Of a stretch of DNA of 64,000 nucleotides, positions 12,140 to 23,549 are shown piece by piece; the first letter of the stretch is position 1, and the number at the start of each line of letters is the position of its first letter. Position numbers and translations under genes: made by a program. The DNA lies in assembly GCA_002269645.1 (NCBI GenBank), contig NIVC01000151.1, positions 62,001 to 126,000 on the forward strand, in the 5' to 3' direction. The DNA is from Macrostomum lignano (lineage: Eukaryota). The notes beneath the pieces were generated by a model. That model did no database searches. It was not told where the DNA came from and saw nothing but the letters and a program-made list of their open reading frames with translations.

Positions 12140-12755
12140 AGGCGGTGGCCGTCATGAACGACACAATGACCGAGGCTGAGATCAGCAGCTTCTTTGGTGC
12201 GCTAAAATTCTGGTGAAAATTGGGTACCTGACTCTGAACTATGAAGGCTATACATAAATCCCAGTTGCTCTCATCATCGTTGATTTAATCCCAGTTGATT
12301 TAATCCCAGTTGCTCTAATATCGTGAGAGAAGCCTTCGCTTGGCGATCGTCTGGGCTGTAGAAAGAGCTAGGAAAAGGCTCCTCGGCAAGAGATTCACAC
12401 TGTAGACTGACCAAGCACATCAATTTAATTAATTAATTCTTTAATTAATTCGGTCATATAATTAATTCTTTGAAGAATCTACCGAAGACGGTCTTAGCCA
12501 TAGGCTGACCCGATGAGCGCTAAAACTGACAGAATTCAATTACAAAGTGCAGTACTGGGAAGAATTGATGCTGGATGTGGATGCCAGCTTGCCAAGGAGG
12601 AGCTATGGAATCAAGAACAATAACGCTACTGAAATCATTCTATCCGACACTATGGAAGTTTATAACTTTGGCTTGGTAGCTGATGGACGACTGGTGACAC
12701 TGGATGAACTCAAAGATGCCACTTGATGTGTTCCATACTACCAAGACTTTCTTAG
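12140..12755 (+). mobile_element. Decayed Ty3/gypsy pol remnant (RT connection and RNase H)
   Basis: Frameshifted + strand peptides EISSFFGALKFW*K, ERE..LAIVWAVERARKRLLGKRFTL*TD and RLTR*ALKLTEFNYKVQY match gypsy motifs. Confidence 0.7.
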
Positions 12756-12854
12756 TAATCAAGGAACAATCACTTCTAGGCCCTAGCTACTGCTAGGCAA
12801 CCCAATAATCAACTCGAGTTTTCTCTTACCTTGAAGGTAATGATTTTGGATGTG

Positions 12855-13318
12855 TCATTCTCTTCCTGAGTGTCGTTCTCTTCCTGAGTGTCGTTCTCTT
12901 CCTGAGTGTCGTTCTCTTCCTGAGTGTCGTTCTCTTCCTGAGTGTCGTTCTCTTCCTGAGTGTCGTTCTCTTCCTGAGTGTCGTTCTCTTCCTGAGTGTC
13001 GTTCTCTTCCTGAGTGTCGTTCTCTTCCTGAGTGTCGTTCTCTTCCTGAGTGTCGTTCTCTTCCTGAGTGTCGTTCTCTTCCTGAGTGTCGTTCTCTTCC
13101 TGAGTGTCGTTCTCTTCCTGAGTGTCGTTCTCTTCCTGAGTGTCGTTCTCTTCCTGAGTGTCGTTCTCTTCCTGAGTGTCGTTCTCTTCCTGAGTGTCGT
13201 TCTCTTCCTGAGTGTCGTTCTCTTCCTGAGTGTCGTTCTCTTCCTGAGTGTCGTTCTCTTCCTGAGTGTCGTTCTCTTCCTGAGTGTCATTCTCTTCCTG
13301 AGTGTCATTCTCTTCCTG
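12855..13318. repeat. 18-bp minisatellite
   Basis: (GAGTGTCGTTCTCTTCCT)n, nearly perfect. Confidence 0.95.
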
Positions 13319-13319
13319 A

Positions 13320-13583
13320 TCTTGCCTAGGCTTTGTATTTATGTTTCTTTGTTAGTTATAGTTGTAGATCTCATTTTAGTATATCGAAGATATGTACGTC
13401 TCCGGGCCCCGCCCCCCATCATCGCTTAGTGTACATGCAATCTCAGCCCCACCCCAATCTTTTGTGTGTCATTTAGAAGTTAAATATAAAGGTTCGATGG
13501 CTTGAATTTGTTCGTGAGAGTGCGTTGTGGCAATAGTCAAAACCTGCCGAGAGTTTGAGCAAAAGTTATTTGTCTTGAGAACA
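13320..13583 (+). mobile_element. Possible small solo LTR inserted in the 18-bp array
   Basis: Unique 264-bp insert flanked by CCTGA on both sides (13315-13319, 13584-13588). It ends in AACA and contains TATAAA, but starts TC rather than TG. Confidence 0.35.
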
Positions 13584-14192
13584 CCTGAGTGTCGTTCTCT
13601 TCATGAGTGTCGTTCCTGATCTTCCGGAAGTTCAGACGTCTTGATTTAGTTGTTCTGGTCCAGTTCCTTTTTACTTCCAACGAAGTTGTCTCCGGCCGGT
13701 ATAGCTGTAGTTCGGACCAATCAGAAGCTTCGAATCAACAATGGGGATCCCTGCGTCGCGCTGCGGTTTGAACAAGCCTTCTCCTTCTAGCAGTGTCTCA
13801 ACACGCTCTAGGTATAGCTCCGGTAATCACTGATAGTCTTCTAATGGCTATCAGGGTAGTCCTGAAGACTACAACCAATGGAGTCTCGAATAGACTCAGT
13901 CACAACAATAATCTTGAGTCGACTCTAACAACTGGCGCAAATGAATAAAATAAGGCTTACCGCAAGAACTCAGCTGTCTCGGTTGACTTGGTTTGAAGAC
14001 TCTGAAGGAAGTCCCTTGCCAACTTCCTCTTCGGAGCTCTTCTTCTCCCTGGAAGATTCTTTGTTGACTCCGGTCCGATTCGGACCACTTGTATTTATAG
14101 GCAAATTTGCGAATTATAAATAGCAACATGATTCATCTTTTTGATATAAATAGTAACATGATTCTTCTTTGCGTTATAAATACTCGTAGTAA

Positions 14193-14232
14193 CCAAGGCC
14201 CACTGAAGTCACTTCACTTAATTTGTCCTTGG
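14193..14232. mobile_element. 40-bp minimal CCAAGG...CCTTGG element with 6-bp direct flanks
   Basis: TAGTAA|CCAAGG...CTTAATTTGTCCTTGG|TAGTAA. The right end resembles the foldback termini at 755-771 and 21376-21390. Confidence 0.55.
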
Positions 14233-14408
14233 TAGTAATGATTCTTTTTGCGTTATAAATAGTAAGGTGATTCATTGTTCGTTATAGATAGTAACATGCC
14301 TCATAATTTTCGTTAAAATAGTAACTTGACTCACGTTTTAAGTTTTGCTGCGCATGCTTGCATTAGTCTACTTTCAGTAGCATTTTATGAATAAAGATAC
14401 TCTACACA

Positions 14409-14710
14409 CTGCACAATGCTCGTTTGTTAAGAGGCTGAAGCAAAGATCAGAACTGGGAGATGGCGTCTAGGTGTCACGGGCAGAGCGTCCGTACAAGACA
14501 TGCCGTAACGCGCTGTCAGCTGAGGAGGAGCGATCGCTATTCTCGCAGAGGGCCCCTCCCATCCTTTGCAGGCGCATTTTGGAAATTGCCCACAACGTTG
14601 TTCACCCGAGTGCAGAGAACACCAAGGCGCACATTGTGAAGGAGTTCTGGTTTCCTGGACTAGACCAAGATGGTGCGGCTGTTCGTTGAACGCTGAGTGT
14701 GTTGACAATC
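14409..14710 (+). mobile_element. Decayed gypsy integrase zinc-binding (H2C2) remnant
   Basis: PPILCRRILEIAHNVVHPSAENTKAHIVKEFWFPGLDQD resembles the IL..AH..H.G...TK...FWWPGM motif. Confidence 0.65.
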
Positions 14711-15989
14711 AAACACGACAGCTCATCGGATTGAATCCATTACATGTTCATTAATGGGCTCAATCACTTTCCAAAGTTTTTTTCATATACGTGTTCAATA
14801 AAGCCGTGCCAGACAGTCTCGTATCCAATATTTTATTACGCAACGTGTCCATCACGTACATTTATTTGTTGCGCAAAAATCAATACGTATAAAAATGACT
14901 TTGCGTATCTTTGTCTTCCCTTTGAGTTTTGCCGAAAGTTTAATTGCATGAAAGTTGGGGTCGACCATATTAGGCTTTGCAAGAACTAATCCAGTGTATT
15001 AAAGAAAGTTTCACTTATTGAGGAAGAAAATATAAAGCCGAATAACATAATAAACTGCTAAATCGACTATATGCTAAAAGATAAATAAGCAAATAAGTAA
15101 GAAATTAATTTATGAATAAACTTCTATCCCCTTTAATGCTTACCCTAACCAAGCAAATTTACCTCCCTTACCAGCCCTTTGAGGTGTGCAATTTGGTACA
15201 TATCCCTATTCATAGGGCCTACATGTACAGATACATTCATGCCTCTGCATCCCGGGATGATGTTTTAAAAAAATAAAAAAGATAGTATGTATTTGTAAAA
15301 TTTAACAAATTGACTTGTTGCTATAACTTAATCCATATACAGAGTAGCTTTAAGTAAAAATGGCGTCATTAAAGTCACATTTTTTTATTTGCTTTTTTGC
15401 GTGCAAAAATTTAAAATTAGAACTTGTAAGATATTTAAATTGCAAAAAATAATTAACATTTTTTATAAAATTCTTTTGTTTTAAACACAATATACAACAG
15501 GGTTGCAGACATTATTCATAATAATAATTTTTGCATTTGCGATCGTGCTTAATACCACATACCAGTACCAGTTTCTGTTTCATTGCCTAGTAATTCAAGA
15601 TTTTAGTAAAAGAGGGATATTCATCATATTCAACTTCAATCAATACAATATCTGCCTCATGAACAGGCTACTCTTGTACAAAGCTATTTGCCTGAAGAAA
15701 ATAAACCAGAGATCCGCCGTTCTAACATGGGGTGTGGACAGGGCAGATATATAGTTTGTATATATAAATATGGTCATTTTTCTTATGTATATTAAATTAT
15801 AATTTATCAATTCATTCAATCATATAGTAAAACAAAATAGAACTTAGTTTTGGCATCTTGCACAAATTTGATTTTTATAGTATGAGTAAAGTAATAGCAC
15901 TGCCTAATTATTATATACTATAAGAAGAATTTATTAATTGTATATTATTAATTTGCTATGTTATATTTTCAGGTTACTTCAATATGCTG

Positions 15990-16700
15990 GTATAGCCATA
16001 GGGCTGACCTGATGAGTGCTAAAACTGACAGAATTCAATTACAAAGTGCAGTACTAGGAAGAATTGATACTGGATATGGATTCTAGCTTGCCAAGGAGGA
16101 GCTATGGAATCAAGGACAATAACACTATTGAAATCATTCTATCCGATCTGATACTGGAAGTTTATAATTTTGGCTTGGTAGCTGATGGACAACTGGTGAC
16201 ACTGGATGAACTCAAAGATGCCACTTTATGTGTTCCTTGCTACCAAGACTTTCTTAGTAATCAAGGAACAATCACTTCTAGGCCCTAGCTACTGCTAGGC
16301 AACCTAGTAATCAACTTGAGTTTTCTCTTACCTTGAAGGTAATGATTTCAGATGTGTCATTCTCTTCCTGAGTGTTGTTCTCTTCCTGAGTGTCATTCTC
16401 TTCCTGAGTGTCATTCTCTTCCTGAGTGTTGTTTTCTTCCTGAGTGTCGTTCTCTTCCTGAGTGTCGTTTTCTTCCTGAGTGTCGTTCTCTTCCTGAGTG
16501 TCGTTCTCTTCCTGAGTGTCGTTCTCTTCTTGAGTGTCGTTTTCTTCTTGAGTGTCATTCTCTTCCTGAGTGTCGTTCTCTTCCTGAGTGTCGTTCTCTT
16601 CCTGAGTGTCGTTCTCTTCCTGAGTGTCGTTCTCTTCCTGAGTGTCGTTCTCTTCCTGAGTGTTTTTTCTTCTTGAGTGTCATTTTTTTCCTGAGTGTTG
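15990..16700 (+). repeat. Dispersed duplicate of about 12497-13318 (gypsy remnant, cassette end and 18-bp array)
   Basis: High-identity copy from TAGCCATAGG(G)CTGACC through TAATCAAGGAACAATC into a more degenerate 18-bp array (16355-16700). Confidence 0.85.
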
Positions 16701-17372
16701 TTCTAATTAATTCTAATCCTAAGTGTTATGTTTTCAGGTTATTTCAATATGTTGGTGTAGGACCAAGACTGCCAAACTTGGGGGAGCTAAGGGAGAAATT
16801 TGACTCAATGTGTTATTAGGTGATGCTAGAAAGGAGATGAGTAGGTAGGAGAGCCAGCAAGACAAGGCTGCCAAAAAAGAACCTATGAGCGGAATAGCAA
16901 TGCTAGAAGATTAGTAGCTCCCCCTCAATACTAGTAGCCAGTAATAGCTATAGTGGTCTTGGTGTGTGGCTATGGCAGTCTTAGTCATGCGTCAATATGC
17001 TAGTTCAATTATTAGTGTCTATCCAATGCAGTCCTAGTTTTTGAGCCAAAATTTTAAAGATATAGGTCACTGATGTACCTGAGTCCACTATCATAGCAAC
17101 ATCCTTATCATTCAGTTTTATATTGATCTAGATACTTGATCAGTCCCAGTCATTGCATAGGCTAAAAAGCTCATTATCTTTGGCTCATTTATCCTCTTCT
17201 TCAATTCCTGCACACTCTCACATTGACAGCTTTCTTTTAATGGAGCTGGATGACATCTTTCCATATGAGCTAGCTGGCTTGTTAAAGCTTATATGCAGCT
17301 TCAAAATGATTCATTTTTTACATTTTTGACATTTTGCTCTAAATGCAAGGCATGCATTTGGTGGGTGTCTTT

Positions 17373-18574
17373 TCATACAAAAATTACAAGCTTTGCTAAA
17401 TGTGTGTCCCTGAGCTTGAGCTGTTGTTCTTCAATGCCAGCTTGGTAAAGAGATGTAGCACACGTAGCACATAGACTATGATTAATATTGTGGCCAGAAA
17501 TCTTGGCTTCAGTGCACATTTCATGCAGAAACTTTGCCAGGGGGTTTTTGCCAATTGGATGATTTGAGTACCATTGCTTCTCCAATGGTTGCTTCAATGG
17601 CAGAAGGTAAAATCTATTACTTTAGCTAGGCCTGACTTTCTTAAAAAGCTTGAAAAGCCAACTGTGACAATGTTCCAGATTGGCTGCATTGGCAAAGTGA
17701 AGAACTTCCTTTGGTTTGAAGCAAATGTCACACAATCCACTAGCATTCATCTTCATGGCCATCTCTTGGTAAACAAGACATTTCTGTCTCTCTCGCTCTT
17801 GCACACTGAATTGCAAAATGCATAGGGCACTATGTTCCTGACTACCACGTAGAGCAAAATGCAAGCCATTAAGATAAAACAAAGTTCTGATCAGACTTGT
17901 AAGATCTTTGTTGCCTAACACTTTCTCCCAAAGTTTCTCCTCATCTTTGTAGCCAACAACTTCAGCAAATTTCCTGGCTAGTCCTAAGCCATTTCTTATC
18001 CCAATCTTTATGGTGGCATCTAGACTTTCATGTACAATGCTGAATCACTCATTGTAAAAGAAATCAACTTTATGCACCTTGTAGATAGTTTGTTGCAGAC
18101 CAGCAACAATTGACGGATATTTGGCGGATATTGAGTCCATTGGCATGGGTCACTTTGTGAATGAAAACAGGAAAGTATTCATTTAGCTTATCACCACTAA
18201 GTTCTTGCACAGCACAAATAGAATCATGGAATGCCTAGAGTGCCACCTATCAAAGACACCAATGGACTACTTGTTCCAATTGGTAGTATTGGCAGGCTTT
18301 GTCGACTTGTTAAGTGCTTGAACCATATCGAGAGTCAAGTCCTTTGGCAGCGTTGATAGACCAGGTTCTTCATGCAATGATCGCATCTCTTGCAATGTGT
18401 AGGGGTTCCACAAATATACACCAACATCCAGCAGTAGGTCTAAATTGTCCATCATAAGCACATTTGGATCATAGTCTTCAAATTGTCCATCATAAGCACA
18501 TTTGGATCATAGTCTTCAATGTAGTCTTTGGAATAATCAACCAATGGGTTTAAAATATGTCTTCGTTCTGCCAT
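17373..18574 (-). mobile_element. Decayed Crypton-type tyrosine-recombinase transposon (DUF3504, CryptonA-like)
   Basis: Frameshifted minus-strand peptides EEKLWEKVLGNKDLTSLIRTLFYLNGLHFALRGSQEH, QFS..LVYQE and WYSNHPIGKNPLAKFLHEMCTEAKISGHNINHSLCATCATSLYQAGIEEQ match the LG..P..L...G..FALRG..EH and WY...P.G.N...TNHSLRAT.AT motifs. Confidence 0.8.
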
Positions 18575-20407
18575 TATTTGTTTCAGTTAAAGTGAAATTA
18601 ACTAGAGTCAATTAATTGAAGTTAAATTTGTTTCAGTGAGGCTTTCCTGCTATTTATCTGTCTTCTGTCTCTTTTATAAAATATGTCTATGGTATAGAAT
18701 GTGGGGGCTTTGCCCCCACACCGCCAATACAGTATTGATGTCTATGGCCAATATGTGGGTTATAATTAAATACAACCTAAAGATTTCTTACTAGCTGTTA
18801 TATAAATTAGCGCATTGTATTTTTAGTGCATGAATTTAAGTGAGACACATAGAGTTGAGGGATGTATTTTTCTTAAACCCCTCGGGCCTTTGGAGTACTT
18901 ATTTCACAGTTCTCATATTGGGCTTTTAACCCAAGCCTGTTTTGCAGCTTCATTTAGTCTATCAATAAAGCAAAATGTGTCAAACTGTATATGCAATTAT
19001 AAATAATATCTATATTATAGTCATGTCATATCACTATGTCTATCAATTGATAAGTTTAGCTAAATATTGTGCTAATCATAAATGCCCAACACCTAGGTAA
19101 TTTGGCCATGTGATAAAGGGTCTAGCAAAAGTTACTTGCAAAATGCTGACTTAAAAATCTTTATATAGTACTACTTAGATGATGAGGTATTTAGCCTTAG
19201 TAATACCATCATAGTTACTTTTGCCATTTACCCAAAATTATATTAATTTTGCTGTATGGTTTCTTTCATAAGTAAGTCACATTTTGGTTAAAAAGTAAGT
19301 TGCACAGCCAGGTGAACTTTCAAAGTTGGGCATGTATTGTGCTAATTATGGTATTAAAGCAAAAATATAAATCACAGCACATGTCATAACACATGAAATA
19401 TCATTTTGGCATCTTCAATTCAAACCCAAATTCTAATTTGGCACCTTGTTTTTTCTAAACTTAAAAAAATTGTAATTAATATTGAATTTGAAGTAAAAAT
19501 GATTATAAAATTGTTGGGGCTCTTGGGACTTTCAAGACTTCTATTGACTATTGAATTTCTATGTCTGTTGGTCAGAGAGGCTTAGCACTATAAAGGGTTG
19601 TGTAAAGATGTTGGTATTTCAGTTGATTTTGAACTTTTTTAGCCAGCTGGCATCATTAATTTGAACCCAGGATGCCAGCTGGCACTGCAATTTTGATGCT
19701 TAAAAACCTAAGTCCTTGTCATTGTTTAGGTTATATCTTAAACACAAAGGTGTTATGTTATTAATAATTTGATAAAAAATTCATTCATGATTAAATCCAA
19801 GACTGGACTGCTTTTAAGGATAAAAGAATTACTATTTTGTTTTGCTGCTTGGGGACCTATAAAAGAAAATATTTGAATTGTGCTGGCCTGCATTTGCTGA
19901 TTTGCCAAACCATGACCTCACTTGGGCACAGGTCACAGTCTGACTCTGGGTAAGCAGCCCATGCTTTGCTTTGTGTGCTCTGTTGTCAAGAATCTTGTGC
20001 AAAAGGAAGGTCAAACAATCTGTTTTAAATAGTAGGGGAGTAAATAGATTTAATGAATTGATATCATGACTCATAGAATGGACTGAGTAACCTTATTTCC
20101 TATAATTAATAGCCTCGTTTCCAAGAACCAATATGCTTATTTCCTATAATCAATATGTTCGTTTCTAAGAATCAGCATTCTTGTTTCTATTTTATTTCTA
20201 AGAATTTCTATTTTCTAACCCTCGTTGTCCCCATTTCCTAGAATTTACACCAATTTTCTAAGAATTACAAACCTCATTTACAAGAATCGGTAAGGTGATT
20301 TCTAGCAATCGATATCCTCACAAAAAGCTTGAAATTGCCGCCCCCGATTTCGCAGAGCCGCAGCCGCCGCCTCCAGCGGGCCCCGCCAGCTGGACTTCTA
20401 CGAGGCG

Positions 20408-23400
20408 ATGTCGGACTTCCAGACGATGTTCCCCAGCCTGGACCCGCAGCTCATCGAGTGCGTGCTTCGCGACAACAACGGCGTGGTGCACACCACCGTG
20501 GACAGCCTGCTGCGCCTCAGCGAGTCCGCGCCCGGCTCCGCGGCCCTGGCGATGTCCAAGAGGCGCCAGGCGGCCGTGGACAGCAAGGCGGAGCCCGCCA
20601 TCGTCGGCTCCCCGGTGGCGGCTGCCGCCAAGCCGGACGACCTGCCGCCGTCCTATGAGCAGGTGAGCCTCGCTGTTTGGGGCAAGCGTCTGCCTGTCTG
20701 TTGTATTTTTTGCACAATTCATAGAGCTGCTGTCCGTATAAAATTGGTTGAGTTTTATTTATTTTTTTCTCTGTAAACTTTCTCCTGATTTTGGATCGCC
20801 TTCCAACCAAGGACGTCAAGGATTGCTTTTGATAGGAGGCAGATCCAGTCTTTACCTTTTGATATGTTGTGCCTTTCTTATTGCTCTATCGATATTCATA
20901 AAGCTTTTCGCTAGAAAAATTAGGATTCTATGTTAATTTTTTATTCAACGTACATTTGCTGCACCTAAAACTCATAAAAATGCATGGCACAGCTCCAATC
21001 TATGGTTTTATGAGTCTAATTTATTATCTCTGCTACACATATTTGTTACACAGTCAGCTAAGAATGATAAAATAGAATCATAGATCAATAGAGCCGAGCC
21101 GTGTCATTTTAATGGTATTTAGGCACAGGACACGTGCAAATGTACGTAGAATAAAAAACAATAAAAAACAAAACAAAACAAAACAATAAATAACATAGAA
21201 TCCTAATTTTCTGAACAAAAAGCTCTATGAATATCGATAGAGCAATAAAAAGACACAACATATTACAAGATTGTGCTGAAAAAACGAAAACTTCCTATCT
21301 TCGTAGTGTATTTTTTTTCGAAAAAAAACCTGCCTTCAAAAAGTTTCTAAGAAACGAGGTTTCCCGTCCTTCTACTTATGTCGTCCTTGCTTTTAACGTG
21401 TGTGCTCATTTAGTTGCTGAATGCTCAACGCCTCACTGTTGCATTCGTGTCCGTCTTCTCCGATCCCACCGCCAGGCTCTGCGAGCGAGTCAGCGGCCTG
21501 CCGGCAGCGGCCAGCAGGAGAGGCCGGACAAACAGGACCGGCCGGACAGGCACCACACGCACCCGCCCAAGCACTCCAGGCAGGGCGGCAGCGGCAGGCA
21601 TGGCGGCGGAATTCGTCACGGCCTGTCGTCACTGCAGCCGCAACAGCAGGCGCCTCCGCCGCCTCCACCGCCGCCTCCGCCAGCCTCAGCGGCAGCGCCA
21701 ATCGCCGCGGCAGCGCCAGCAACAGGCGGGCATCACCGGTCGCACTCGCAGCCTTCGGCGACAACATTCAGCAGCTACAACTTCCGAGCCTCCGCTGCCT
21801 GCGCCTCGTCCGCTGCCGCAGCTCCAGCGGCTGCCTCATCCGGCGGCTCCTCCGGCTACCGGCGCTGGAACCCCCCGCTGCTTGGCGCCCTGCCCGACGA
21901 TTTCCTGCGCATCTCGACGCCCGCCAGCGGCTCGGCCGGCGCCACCGCCTCCACCGCCTCTTCGGCCGCGTCTGTCACCGCCACCGCCGGACGGCAGGGC
22001 GGCGGGCGTAGCGGCGGCGCCTCCGGTCGCAGTCGCAGCCACCACCACAAGTGCAGCAACTGCGGCCGCTACCATCATCACCACAGGACCGGCGGCGGAG
22101 GCCACAGAAGCGCTGGCAGCGGCAGCGGGAGGCCCCGCGACCCCACCGACCAGCTGCCGGAGACGCCGCCTCAGCAGCTTCCGCGTCAAAGGCCGAGTGG
22201 AGTCTCCTGGCAGCAGCAGCAGCTTCTTCAGCAACCGCAGGCGATTTCTCCATCCTCTAGTTACCATAGCAACGGACTCTCGCACCAGCATCCGCAGAGC
22301 CACAGCGCGGTGTACAATCAGATTCTGGCAGACGAGCGGCTGGCCATCGCCCTGCAGAACGAAGAGTTTCTGTCCCTGCTGCGCAACGACAGCGACTTCA
22401 TGCGCACCCTGCAGCGGGACAGCAGCCGCCGCACCCGCCGCCTCATGCTGACGCAGCCGGCCGGGCACTGGCAGCAGCAGCCACAGCCGCATGCGCGCTC
22501 CTACTCGCAGCCCGCACCCGCCGCCGCGGTGCCGTCACCTCCGGCCTACCCGATGCAGCCGCCGCCGCAGCCGGCCTTCCCACCGCCGCCGTTCCTGCCG
22601 CCGCCGCCTCGACCGTCGATGCCGGTGACCTCCATAGTTGAAACTGGCCAGCTGGTGCCGGGCGGCCTGGCGCCAACGGGTAAGAAGTCAGAGACCGAAA
22701 TCTCCTCATCTCGGGCAGAGAGCTTTCCTTGTCTCAGTGAAAATCTCCAATCTCACCCTCTTTGCCGCGCAGATGGCTACGGCGCCGACCAGTCGCCCAT
22801 GGAGTCGTCGGGCAAGTCAGATGTCGGCGGCGCTGCCTCCCAGACAGGAGCTGCTGGCGGCGACGACCTCAATAGCCAGCTGCGGCACATGGGGAAAAGT
22901 GAGTTGGGCGAGCTCGATGTGTGAATTTTGGTAGCGTTTGCGGGCTGGAATCGGGTTCCAAGCGGGCTGGAATCGGGTTCCAATGTCGGAAGCTGGTATT
23001 GCGGGTGTAGAAGCTTTATTTAGAGTGTGGAAGTGGGCAGTAGTGAGTGTGGAGGCGGGCATTGGTGAGCGGGGAAGCGGGCAGTGGTGAGTGTGGAAGC
23101 GGGCAGTGGTGAGTGTGGAAGCGGGCAGTGGTGAGTGGGGAAGCGGGCAGTGGTGAGTGTGGAAGCGGGCAGTGGTGAGTGTGGAAGCGGGCAGTGGTGA
23201 GTGTGGAAGCGGGCAGTGGTTTGCAGAGGCCGCCATCGAATTCTCGCCACCCCCCACCGCAGTGTCGGGCCGCCGGTTCGCCGAGATGGCTCGCAAGTTC
23301 TTTGGCATGGCCCGGCAGTACAAGCAGCGCCGCCAGCAGCACCTGCTGCTCCATCAGCCGCAGCTGCTAACGATGAGCGCCCAGACGGAGAGCACGCTGA

Positions 23401-23549
23401 ACCTGCTGGAGAACGGCGACTTCGAAGCCGAGGACGACGGTGAAGTCAACCCGGTTGTCGGAACCTGCGGCGGCGGCTTCGGTGGCGAGCCGCTGGAGGA
23501 GGAGACGGCCGGGGAGGCGGAGGCGGCAGGCGGCATCGACCGGGTCTGA
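20408..23549 (+). CDS. CUEDC1: CUE domain-containing protein 1: exons 20408-20662 (open from 20356), 21476-22679, 22773-22898, 23263-23549
   Basis: N-terminal CUE domain RQLDFYEAMSDFQTMFPSLDPQLIECVLRDNNG, plus WNPPLLGALPDDFLRI, DERLAIALQNEEF and HMGKMSGRRFAEMARKF, match CUEDC1 blocks recalled from memory. GT-AG introns chain in phase 0/1/1. Confidence 0.9.
20807..21390. mobile_element. Foldback/MITE of the same family as 1-771, in CUEDC1 intron 1
   Basis: CCAAGGAC...GTCCTTGC termini. Internal blocks GCTCTATCGATATTCATAAAGCTTTTCG and ATGAATATCGATAGAGCAAT are shared with 1-771. Flanks TTCCAA and TTTTAA match 4/6. Confidence 0.7.
23025..23220. repeat. 22-bp minisatellite in CUEDC1 intron 3
   Basis: (GTGGAAGCGGGCAGTGGTGAGT)n. 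Confidence 0.9.

Larger units (their letters stand above)
12756..14408 (-). mobile_element. LTR-like non-coding cassette, copy 1 (contains an 18-bp array and small insertions)
   Basis: Colinear similarity to 46286-47114. Both start TAATCAAGGAACAATCACTTCTAG, share the internal blocks and end ACTCTACACA. The minus strand starts TG and has TATAAATA at 14099-14092. No TSD or CA end was found. Confidence 0.6.

Noticed and set aside
11814-12164. Minus-strand ORF with a PAN-domain-like phrase (EFDSDTRQCSLF)
   Set aside because: Too short to assign, and it abuts a decayed gypsy region.
12484-12496. GAAGACGGTCT resembling part of a flatworm spliced leader
   Set aside because: The match is too short, lies within a gypsy remnant, and has no donor or Sm site.
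12855-13318. Regular short repeats as a CRISPR array (also the other arrays)
   Set aside because: Units are head-to-tail with no unique spacers, the context is eukaryotic, and there are no cas genes.
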